IMG/VR virus record: IMGVR_UViG_3300035670_000024
DNA: 64,000 bases
Reading direction: 5' to 3' (one strand)
DNA from: a virus
Made by a program: the position numbers and the translations under genes. Below the pieces are notes generated by a model that saw only the letters and a list, made by a program, of their open reading frames with translations, was not told the DNA's origin and did not search any database. Shown piece by piece: positions 50,207-58,261 of this stretch; the first letter of the stretch is position 1; each line of letters begins with the position of its first letter.

Positions 50207-50689
50207 TTATGATTTCCATAAGGCACCCTCAACCTTTCTTCTTCTCAGTAATCCTGCCTCAACATTAGAACCAGGATTTCTATAAAGTTCTAATGTCTTA
50301 GGAACTTCATCCCATCTTCTTTCTCTTAATACTCTAGAGATAGTATCAAATCCTTTCTCACCATAAAAATCAGCACCTAAGTTATAGATAAAAGAAAGAA
50401 GTGCTCCTCTTTGATTTTCATTCATCTCATCCCAGTAAGGAATTCTTCTGAGTGCTGGGAGAAACTCCGTTTTAATCTGGTGTTCAAATAAAAGATTTGC
50501 CTGATAAAGAGTAATCGTATCAGTAATCTTGAATGGTTTTCCATCAAAATTACGAGTACTTCCCCATCCAATAGTGATAGGTAAATTTCCCGTATGAGGG
50601 TCGTAGTATGCGGTTGGACTGAAATCCTCAAATTCTTTAATTAAAGAGACACCACTTTGAGGAATTTGTGATGCCTCTTCTACTTTTTT
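50207..50689 (-). CDS. GH24 lysozyme domain, probably reached by -1 frameshift from the upstream peptidase
   Basis: LIKEFED..AYYDP..TIGWGST..ALLSFIYNLG..GLLRRRKVEGALW; no plausible independent start near the domain boundary. Confidence 0.85.
   Translation of the reverse strand, partial: KKVEEASQIPQSGVSLIKEFEDFSPTAYYDPHTGNLPITIGWGSTRNFDGKPFKITDTITLYQANLLFEHQIKTEFLPALRRIPYWDEMNENQRGALLSFIYNLGADFYGEKGFDTISRVLRERRWDEVPKTLELYRNPGSNVEAGLLRRRKVEGALWKS
50625..50689 (-). other. Putative programmed -1 ribosomal frameshift signal
   Basis: A_AAA_AAG (50689-50683) immediately before TAG; stem GAGGCATCAC/GTGGTGTCTC; loop TCCTCAAA complementary to downstream TTTGAGGA. Confidence 0.75.
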
Positions 50690-51387
50690 ACAGCAGTAAA
50701 TACACGACCCCATCCAGTAGTAGGACCGTCCACAGTCCATCTACGGACTAAATCAGACCTCTTATAAACGGCACTTCTACCATTAGTTACAGGTCCAGTA
50801 TAACCATCGTTGAGAGAACCATAAGGGTCATTTACAACATAATCTCCTGATGCGGTCTTACCTCTAACTACAAGTATGTGACCCCCAGTAGGAGAAGATA
50901 AAGGACCACGATGGAGTATCCCAATACAAACAGGTTTCCCAGCAGATAACTCACGGTCAAGGTCATCAAATGAAAGATTATACCTAAACTCAGAAGAAAC
51001 TCCGTAAGACTGTAGAACACGGGTTTGAACCGAATGGTCTGTCGTATCACCCACTGCGAAAATCTTGCGAATATATGCGTCATCTCCCTGCGGTCCTACG
51101 AGTGTGCCTGGTTTGAAATACTCAAGGCACATCGCACAGGAAGAAGAATTGCAGGTTCTATCTGGTTGAGTATAATTATCTGTTTGTGGAAACCAAGGAA
51201 CATTTAGAACCCCTTGAGGTTGTGGAGGAGTATTAGGTGTTCTATAAGTAATTACCCAACTTGCCTCATCCTGCATTAGGTCTGATGCTTTCGCAAGCAA
51301 ATCCTTTTCAAGTTGCTCTACTGCGGCAACGTGCTTTGGATTTTTTTCATCATAAAACTTAAAAAAGTTATGAAGGTCTATCTGCAT
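50680..51387 (-). CDS. C39-like cysteine peptidase with an N-terminal cyanophage domain
   Basis: VPWFPQTDN..RTCNSSSCAM (Cys), GGHILVVRG (His), VNDPYG (Asp). Confidence 0.85.
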   Translation of the reverse strand: MQIDLHNFFKFYDEKNPKHVAAVEQLEKDLLAKASDLMQDEASWVITYRTPNTPPQPQGVLNVPWFPQTDNYTQPDRTCNSSSCAMCLEYFKPGTLVGPQGDDAYIRKIFAVGDTTDHSVQTRVLQSYGVSSEFRYNLSFDDLDRELSAGKPVCIGILHRGPLSSPTGGHILVVRGKTASGDYVVNDPYGSLNDGYTGPVTNGRSAVYKRSDLVRRWTVDGPTTGWGRVFTAVKK

Positions 51388-51390
51388 TTT

Positions 51391-51537
51391 TCAGTACCTG
51401 TATTCTCTAAGTTTGTCTAAAACCTTGTTCAAATATTTATGAGCACACTCTCCACAAGAGTTGTCCCTTACTACTTCATCCTTCAGTTTTTCAACAAAAA
51501 CTTTAATTTCGTCTAATGAAACTTGGTTTCTGGGCAT
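51391..51537 (-). CDS. Small hypothetical protein (48 aa)
   Basis: Manual translation MPRNQVSLDEIKVFVEKLK...AHKYLNKVLDKLREYRY; CTAAATA upstream. Confidence 0.55.
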   Translation of the reverse strand: MPRNQVSLDEIKVFVEKLKDEVVRDNSCGECAHKYLNKVLDKLREYRY

Positions 51538-51653
51538 AAACAAAAAAACTCTACCCCTTATTTAGGGATAGAGTAAATTATTATGAACTTAAAGAAGTTT
51601 TAATAATAATCGCAGATACACATAAGACAATAAAGATATCTATGAGTATCATT

Positions 51654-51740
51654 TTAGTAAGTTTCTGCTAAGTTGTTAACTGAGTGAAATAGAAGCACCA
51701 GAAAACTGATGCTTGTAATTGTAAATAAAAATTCAGTCAC
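51654..51740 (-). CDS. 28-aa single-helix membrane peptide
   Basis: GTG immediately after the hli stop; MTEFLFTITSISFLVLLFHSVNNLAETY. Confidence 0.45.
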   Translation of the reverse strand: MTEFLFTITSISFLVLLFHSVNNLAETY

Positions 51741-51860
51741 TCACCATACTCCTGGGATGACTTGACCTGTGGTGAAATAAGCACCAACTGCTGCTACGAA
51801 TCCTAGCATCGCAAGACGACCATTTAGACGCTCTGCTGCTTCAGTAAAGATTTTTTCCAT
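51741..51860 (-). CDS. hli: High-light-inducible protein (39 aa)
   Basis: AERLNGRLAMLGF...TGQVIPG; GGAGG ribosome-binding site; below the ORF-track cutoff. Confidence 0.92.
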   Translation of the reverse strand: MEKIFTEAAERLNGRLAMLGFVAAVGAYFTTGQVIPGVW

Positions 51861-51872
51861 TTTAATACCTCC

Positions 51873-52067
51873 TTAGAAGATTCCGAAGAAAAATTTGCCA
51901 GTAATGGCATAAGAAATGAACCCAGAAATAATCCCCATCATCGCCCAGCGACCATTGGTACGCTCTTTAATTTCGTTTGGGGTATACATTCCGTAGTTTT
52001 CATAATACATAGTGGGTTCTTTAGCAAACATATTTTGCTGCCCACGCTCATTTGTTGTAACAGTCAT
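51873..52067 (-). CDS. hli: High-light-inducible protein
   Basis: QNMFAKEP..ERTNGRWAMMG..TGKFFFGIF. Confidence 0.9.
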   Translation of the reverse strand: MTVTTNERGQQNMFAKEPTMYYENYGMYTPNEIKERTNGRWAMMGIISGFISYAITGKFFFGIF

Positions 52068-52073
52068 TGTCCT

Positions 52074-52120
52074 ATTGTAACGAACTGTAACATTATATAG
52101 GAGACATGAAGAAAAGTCAA
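52074..52120 (-). promoter_or_regulatory. hli promoter with an HLR1-like (RpaB) direct repeat
   Basis: TTGACT-17-TATAAT followed directly by GTTACAGT-TC-GTTACAAT. Confidence 0.65.
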
Positions 52121-52150
52121 GGGGGGAAACCGCCCTTGACTTGGAGATTG

Positions 52151-52327
52151 TTAGGATTCTCTGACCTCAAGAGGTTCGTGTTTGTAATATTCCAGCTCAA
52201 TCCAGTTTTTTAGAGTGTTATAAGCATAGATTGCTGCAGCATTGCAGTTATCTTGCTCCATTCTATAGATGTAAAATTCAAGTGCTTCAATGACCATTTG
52301 ACGGTCTTGCTGAGAGATGAGGGACAT
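52151..52327 (-). CDS. Hypothetical protein
   Basis: Probable start MSLISQQDRQMVIEALEFY; TTGACA-17-TATGCT upstream. Confidence 0.6.
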   Translation of the reverse strand: MSLISQQDRQMVIEALEFYIYRMEQDNCNAAAIYAYNTLKNWIELEYYKHEPLEVRES

Positions 52328-52393
52328 AGCAATAGAGAAACTCCCCACAAGCATACACCCGTGGGGAGTTAATGTCAAGTCCTAATCAGGAAA

Positions 52394-53857
52394 TCAGAAC
52401 TTGAACTTGGTTTGGATTACACCACCCCACTCAGAGGCATTACCACGTTGGGCAGCATCGTTGCTTACATAGAAGATAGCAGGAGTGATGCTGATATTGT
52501 CGGTAACTTGATACTTGTAGAAGAACTCAAGCATCAGGGCATCGTTAGCAAGACCTTCGGCATTTGCGGGTTGACCCACAGCAACACCAGCAGCATTACC
52601 AGCAACGAATGCGTCATCCCACTGAAGACCAACGAACCAAGATTGTGAATCGGTTGCGTCAGTTTCACCAGTGCGACCACTTACGGCATTATAACCATAA
52701 CCAGCACTGACTGAAGGAATGATACCAGTTTCGGTAGGACGCCAGTAAGCATTTACAGCAACACTATTGGAATCCTGATTACCTAGCAGAGTGCCATTAG
52801 CACCTTGGAAACCGTTGTAGGTGCGAGGACGGGTGCCTTCGGAACCGTAACGATAACCAACACCGACACCCCAATTATCCTGACGATAACCAAGTTGTGC
52901 CATCAGGTTCAGGGCACCATCGGATGAGAACATACCAGTTTCGGTGCTATCACCATCCTGAGCAACATAGTTTAGACCAGCAACAAAACCATTGCTTTCA
53001 TACTGAACACCTACACCAGCACCAGTTGCCTTGTTATAAACACCAGGAGCACCAGCAGTAGTGAAGAAATCAAGGATTTCTGAACGGTATGCTGAAGGAA
53101 CCCACGCCATTTCGGTGTTACGAACCTTTGGACCAACGGTTACGGTGAAGTCGTCACCTACAGGGAACTGGTAGTAGATACGGTCAAGTTCTACAGTATC
53201 ACCAGTGGTTTCTGCCTTATCCAGTTTGAATAAGGAAGAACTTGAACCAAAAGGTAGTTCACTGAAGTTACCAGCACGAAGACGGGTGCGGAGTAGGTCA
53301 CGACCAGTAAATGAGGTATCAAAGTTCAGACGAACATCATAGTTGAATGCGGTTCCATCTGCCTTAGTTCCACGACTTTCGTAACCAGGAACACCACCGA
53401 GAACAAAGTTTACCTCACCATTCAGTTTGGTAGTGGTGGAGAATTGCTGTGCTTCAAGCACACCAACCTTTGCTTCTAGACCATCTACACGGGCACGAAG
53501 AACAATCAGTTCTGCCTTGAATTCTTCCTGAAGTTTACGAATTTCATCGGTGACTTCAGTTACACGGTCAAGGCAAGCATTGAAGAGTGCTGCTGCTTCA
53601 TAACGGGTCATTGCCTTACCACCACCAAAGGTGCCGTTAGGATAACCTGCTACACAACCATAACGCTCTACAAGATTGCTGAGTGCCTGATATGCCCAAT
53701 CGGTAGGTTGAACATCAGAGAATTGGTTGATACTTGTAACCTGCTCTGAGGTTGAATACTGATTTACTCCTTCCATATTGAGTTCTGCGGCAGTCGCAGC
53801 GGGAGCAATCAGACCAACAGCAACAGGTGCAAGCATCAGTTGTTGAAAAAGTTTCAT
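52394..53857 (-). CDS. Cyanobacterial outer-membrane porin (Som/OprB-like, SLH domain)
   Basis: Signal peptide; FSDVQPTDWAYQALSNLVERYGC..TRYEAAA SLH; QFSTTTKL; C-terminal GGVIQTKFKF. Confidence 0.92.
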   Translation of the reverse strand: MKLFQQLMLAPVAVGLIAPAATAAELNMEGVNQYSTSEQVTSINQFSDVQPTDWAYQALSNLVERYGCVAGYPNGTFGGGKAMTRYEAAALFNACLDRVTEVTDEIRKLQEEFKAELIVLRARVDGLEAKVGVLEAQQFSTTTKLNGEVNFVLGGVPGYESRGTKADGTAFNYDVRLNFDTSFTGRDLLRTRLRAGNFSELPFGSSSSLFKLDKAETTGDTVELDRIYYQFPVGDDFTVTVGPKVRNTEMAWVPSAYRSEILDFFTTAGAPGVYNKATGAGVGVQYESNGFVAGLNYVAQDGDSTETGMFSSDGALNLMAQLGYRQDNWGVGVGYRYGSEGTRPRTYNGFQGANGTLLGNQDSNSVAVNAYWRPTETGIIPSVSAGYGYNAVSGRTGETDATDSQSWFVGLQWDDAFVAGNAAGVAVGQPANAEGLANDALMLEFFYKYQVTDNISITPAIFYVSNDAAQRGNASEWGGVIQTKFKF

Positions 53858-53950
53858 ATATGTGTTTGTTTTAGTACTAAACGACAAGTGTTAAGAATTA
53901 CAACTGAATTCTCAACTCAATATTTAGTATACAGACACATTTGAAGTTTG

Positions 53951-54742
53951 TCAAGTGGTTTTTTGAGAAGGTTCGGTAATTCTACCAAGATATGGATCGT
54001 AGTTTGTAATTTGTTCTATAGTCAATTCATGCCCTTGTGTTTGCCAAAAATTAAATATAGCATTATAACTATTGCGATGGAACATGTCTACATGATCTGG
54101 GTGAATAGTAGATCCAAGTTCAGTTTTATAAAGAAGTAATGGAGAAGCATAAGTACAACCAGAATTATAGATCAAATCGTCAGCAACTGCTCTGGGTTTT
54201 ACACCATTATCAAGTTTATATTTACCATCCCTACAATGATTTCGGATTAGTTTTTCAGCATGGTGTTTTGTAATTACATAGCAAGCAGTTGAAAAATCAT
54301 TCACAAACCGATTGTGAATAGGAACAACAATATCTCCAGTACAAATAATTGCAAGTTGCAAAACATCCCAAGCATAAGGTGCTCTAGCAACTAAATCACT
54401 CCAAGCAAAGTTCCAATACTTTACTGTCTCAAGACTACAATCATCCTCCATAATTACAGCATATGGAGAGTTTGAAGTTGTATACCAATGCTGAATTGCC
54501 TTTAGGTGAGATGTCACACAACCAACTTCACCAGAAGTCATAAAATCTGGATATCTACCTTTTATAATATCACTCAAATCATCATCTCTTCCATCATATG
54601 CAGAGATGCGAGTATAGTTTTCAATTTCCCAATATTTAAATTGTTCTTCCATATACTCTTTTCTTTCTGGTTGCCCATCAAGATTTAAGTAATATATTGG
54701 CCCAAAGTTTTTAAGTTTATACGCTGATTTATTTTTATCCAT
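53951..54742 (-). CDS. Glycosyltransferase family 25
   Basis: YYLNLD..ERK..RISAYDG..GEVGCVTSH..IMEDD. Confidence 0.85.
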   Translation of the reverse strand: MDKNKSAYKLKNFGPIYYLNLDGQPERKEYMEEQFKYWEIENYTRISAYDGRDDDLSDIIKGRYPDFMTSGEVGCVTSHLKAIQHWYTTSNSPYAVIMEDDCSLETVKYWNFAWSDLVARAPYAWDVLQLAIICTGDIVVPIHNRFVNDFSTACYVITKHHAEKLIRNHCRDGKYKLDNGVKPRAVADDLIYNSGCTYASPLLLYKTELGSTIHPDHVDMFHRNSYNAIFNFWQTQGHELTIEQITNYDPYLGRITEPSQKTT

Positions 54743-54743
54743 A

Positions 54744-55229
54744 TTATTTTAATGAAGAAGTTTCATATTTTATTGCAATTGAAAATCGGTGCTTATTTCT
54801 AAATGAGGTAGCTTTATGTAGAATAGAAGCATCAAAGTAAATTAAACGATTTGGAATAGGCAAAATACCATATATGTTATTATTAATTAGAAATTGTGTT
54901 TCTCCACCATCATCTATATTCCAACTATCATTAGAATAGTATAAAAAAGTAATTTCTTCAGGATTCCCATCAGTATGAAAATATGGATTTTCAGATGGAG
55001 CAAAACAATTTATATACATTCTATACAAATTATGATTTGGAACAAAAGTTTTAGTTTTTGTTTCAAATAATTTATAGATCTCATCGGTTTTATTGATAGC
55101 ATGATACATTCCTGTAGGAGGGGTGTGTTCGTTATCTGCTTCCCCATAACGATAAGAAGTATTCATACAAAATCTAAGGGCAAAATTAAACTCTTCATCT
55201 GATAAAAAATTATCTATAACTTGTATCAT
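54744..55229 (-). CDS. 2OG-Fe(II) oxygenase
   Basis: FHTD..TFLYY..W..DGGET..PNRLIYFD..LHKA..RFSIA. Confidence 0.85.
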   Translation of the reverse strand: MIQVIDNFLSDEEFNFALRFCMNTSYRYGEADNEHTPPTGMYHAINKTDEIYKLFETKTKTFVPNHNLYRMYINCFAPSENPYFHTDGNPEEITFLYYSNDSWNIDDGGETQFLINNNIYGILPIPNRLIYFDASILHKATSFRNKHRFSIAIKYETSSLK

Positions 55230-56031
55230 ATTTTTTTAAATAATCTTGATTTGAATAATATTCTTTTAATTGTTCACAATTCATTTTTTGAATTTGATTC
55301 CAAATATTATTATTTTGTTGCATATGAGGATTGTTTAACCAAGAGTTATGTCCTCTTACATGCTCTAAGTGATAAACTATATCATCAATTCTTCCTACAT
55401 TATACCCCAAAGTAGTAAATCTGTAAAATCTTTCTTTATCTTCTGGAGCATAAGCGACAAAATTCTCATTTTCCATTCCACCATCAATATAAACTTGACG
55501 ATTAAAAAACTGAACCCATCCAAAATCAGACAAGTAAATATTTGAATTATTATCCAAATAAGAATAATCACCTGTTTCTAAGAATTTGGAGACAATTTCA
55601 TCAGTGGCATTTACTTGTTTTTGATAACTACCTTGTCCATATGGGTATACCACATCAAAGTCATTATTCAAAATAAAATCATAAGCAACTTTATATGAAT
55701 CAAGTGGAAGAATAACATCACAATCATAATTGATAATCACTTTAGTTTTTGCTTCCATAATCATTTCATTCAAGACTTTTTGCCTATGAAATGATGGATT
55801 ATTTGATTTCTCAAAAATATGATTAACATCTACATCAATATCAAGAATTTCTTCTAAAATTGGTAATGCTTCATCTTTAAAAACAGATTGACTATCAACT
55901 TCTTTAATTATGATATTAGTATCAAAATTCTCCAACAAAAATGCCGTAGTAGTAATTACATTACGAAGTCTGTCAGAGGATTCTATACGAATTGGAATTA
56001 TAAATGTTGCTTCCGTTAAATTAGTTTTCAT
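55210..56031 (-). CDS. GT2/GT7-like glycosyltransferase
   Basis: FIIPIR, YDCD, GGMENENFVAYAPED, YHLEH. Confidence 0.8.
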   Translation of the reverse strand: MKTNLTEATFIIPIRIESSDRLRNVITTTAFLLENFDTNIIIKEVDSQSVFKDEALPILEEILDIDVDVNHIFEKSNNPSFHRQKVLNEMIMEAKTKVIINYDCDVILPLDSYKVAYDFILNNDFDVVYPYGQGSYQKQVNATDEIVSKFLETGDYSYLDNNSNIYLSDFGWVQFFNRQVYIDGGMENENFVAYAPEDKERFYRFTTLGYNVGRIDDIVYHLEHVRGHNSWLNNPHMQQNNNIWNQIQKMNCEQLKEYYSNQDYLKKYDTSYR

Positions 56032-56788
56032 CTGAATAATTTCTAATATTTTTATTTTTTTCTAAAACATAATTAAGTTCATCCTCATTAACCATCCAAG
56101 AACCCTCAGGATGATTAATTACTTTATCATATTTTATATGAGATGAACTTATTCTATTAGAATGTTCTCTGTTTGAAATAAGATAATCTTGAATTATAAA
56201 TGGCATACCATTATTATATCTCATCCTATGATAAAAATCAGTATCCATAAGAAGTTTAAGATTTTCATCAAACTTTTCAAATTTTTCAGTTAAAAAAGAA
56301 ACACAAGAAGGACTACCCAAAAGATTTCTACCTTCCAATATCATATCAGTCCACTTTGGTATCATTGGTCTAAAATGTTGTGTACCATTGATCGTATGAA
56401 CAAATCCACTGACACACCAACTACAATAATGATCGTCAAATGCAGATTTTATTTTTGATAATGCAGATTTATCAATAAAAAGATCATCTTGAAATATTAT
56501 TTTTGTAATTTTACCATTACACATTTCAACAGATGAATTTACATTTGCGGGACTGTTTCCGCGATTTTCTTCATTTTTAAAATATTTTATTTCAAAATAA
56601 TTTGCGTATTCTTCACATACTTCAAGAATACTATCATCTTTAGAATGATCAGAAATACAAACTTCAAAATTTTTAAAATTTTGATCTCTAATGGTCTCAA
56701 ATAGTTGCAAAAGATATTGATTCCCAAAACCTTTCATTTCATAAGTTGGAATAGCAATAGAAATTTCAGGAATCATATTTTTATCCAT
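56021..56788 (-). CDS. Glycosyltransferase family 2
   Basis: ISIAIPTYE, FEVCISDHS, IFQDD, LMDTD. Confidence 0.85.
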   Translation of the reverse strand: MDKNMIPEISIAIPTYEMKGFGNQYLLQLFETIRDQNFKNFEVCISDHSKDDSILEVCEEYANYFEIKYFKNEENRGNSPANVNSSVEMCNGKITKIIFQDDLFIDKSALSKIKSAFDDHYCSWCVSGFVHTINGTQHFRPMIPKWTDMILEGRNLLGSPSCVSFLTEKFEKFDENLKLLMDTDFYHRMRYNNGMPFIIQDYLISNREHSNRISSSHIKYDKVINHPEGSWMVNEDELNYVLEKNKNIRNYSDEN

Positions 56789-57555
56789 CGTTCAGGAATA
56801 ATATCTTCAGTATTGTGATTTGCAGTATATCCTGAATCACCAAACCAACGAGATGGTGCAATGACATTATTTCTACCAGATAACCAAGCACCCCACCAAG
56901 AAAATGATGAATTTGCAATAATATGATGAGAACACATTGTCATCAAACACATATCAATCAAATTCCAATTTGATTCCGAAATCATAAACCTGTCTGGACT
57001 AAAAAGATTTTGATTTTTACACCATTCAATATCATCCGAAAAGATTAAAACTGGTAAATTTGAATCAAACTTACTCAATGCCTCTTCATAATATTCAAGT
57101 GAACAAGGAGGATGATCAATAGACTTTTCAACAAAATCTGTTCTTCTTACATGTAAAGAAATTGCCTCATCAAATTCAAATGCTTCTTTGCATGGATTTA
57201 AAACTTCAGGTTTAAAAGTAAAATCTTCACGAATACTATCTGCAATATGATAAAAATATTTTTCAGTTTGAAAATATCCAAATAAATTTACATTATCAGG
57301 ACACTCATCAACATACTCTTGAGAATAATTAAACTGCTTTTCCTGATAATAATTTGCAGGTAAAAACTTTTTATTTTTTAAATTCTGAAGAGTAAATGCT
57401 TCAAATAATTGATGATCCTGCCATTCATTATCAAAATCTGATTCTGGAATACAAAAATCATATCCTTTAACATCTGCAATGCCACGGAGAGCAGCATATT
57501 GAAACATTTGATTTCCAAGTCGTCCGTGGCGACCAATGTGATTAAATCCAATCAT
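56773..57555 (-). CDS. GT11 alpha-1,2-fucosyltransferase-like protein
   Basis: GRLGNQMFQYA, GYFQ, SLHVRRTD, IFSDD, IIANSSFSWWGAWL. Confidence 0.9.
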   Translation of the reverse strand: MIGFNHIGRHGRLGNQMFQYAALRGIADVKGYDFCIPESDFDNEWQDHQLFEAFTLQNLKNKKFLPANYYQEKQFNYSQEYVDECPDNVNLFGYFQTEKYFYHIADSIREDFTFKPEVLNPCKEAFEFDEAISLHVRRTDFVEKSIDHPPCSLEYYEEALSKFDSNLPVLIFSDDIEWCKNQNLFSPDRFMISESNWNLIDMCLMTMCSHHIIANSSFSWWGAWLSGRNNVIAPSRWFGDSGYTANHNTEDIIPERWIKI

Positions 57556-57556
57556 T

Positions 57557-58261
57557 TTACTCTAAAATAATTCCTGGAGGTAAATTATAATGAAATCCAA
57601 AAGGAATAAGTCCTTTATTTTCGGGAACAGGACTTTCATAAGAGAATTTAGCTGCAATTTCTACTGGAGGAAATTTACACCCCTTTTCAATGAAGATATG
57701 CCTATTATGTACACAAATATTTCCATCTTCATGTGTATTTTTTGATCCAAACATTTTATAAAATTCAGGGTTATTATACACTAAAAATGGAATAGTGTCT
57801 TCTGTGCAAATATCTATAAGTTTTTTACTTCTCAAAGAAAATCCACCATTACCACACCTAATATGTTCTCCAAATGGAGTAACAAATGCATCTTCTTTAT
57901 ATGGCCAAGGAGCTCCAATATAATCATATTCATAAAAATCATCCATCCAAGAATCAGGATTAATAATAAATGCATGATCTTGAGTTATTAACACATATTC
58001 AGTATCAACATGCTTACCAAGACTATAAAGAATATAATGACTATATTCATCTATATTTGTAATATTTGGATCCATTTCCTCGCAATGGATTTTATCCTCA
58101 AGCAAATTTTCGGAGTATTTTTTAATATACTCTTTTGATGTAACTAATTTTACAGAACCAAACTTAGCAAATCCCATACTAGTGTATAAAGATTTAATAG
58201 TTCCATCAATTCTATTAGTATTATCAATTGCCAAAAGTGTTATTTTAGAAAGATCAAGCAT
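57557..58261 (-). CDS. DUF5672-like glycosyltransferase-related protein
   Basis: YDYIGAPW, GNGGFSLRSKKL, A.KFSYE, PFGFH. Confidence 0.75.
   Translation of the reverse strand: MLDLSKITLLAIDNTNRIDGTIKSLYTSMGFAKFGSVKLVTSKEYIKKYSENLLEDKIHCEEMDPNITNIDEYSHYILYSLGKHVDTEYVLITQDHAFIINPDSWMDDFYEYDYIGAPWPYKEDAFVTPFGEHIRCGNGGFSLRSKKLIDICTEDTIPFLVYNNPEFYKMFGSKNTHEDGNICVHNRHIFIEKGCKFPPVEIAAKFSYESPVPENKGLIPFGFHYNLPPGIILE

Noticed and set aside
50690-50740. Independent lysozyme start at ATG 50740
   Set aside because: The leader MDCGRSYYWMGSCIYCC is the off-frame reading of the peptidase 3' end, and a -1 frameshift explains the overlap better.
53885-53910. Pho box upstream of the porin
   Set aside because: Only one reasonable CTTAAC half-site is present; too degenerate to support in AT-rich DNA.
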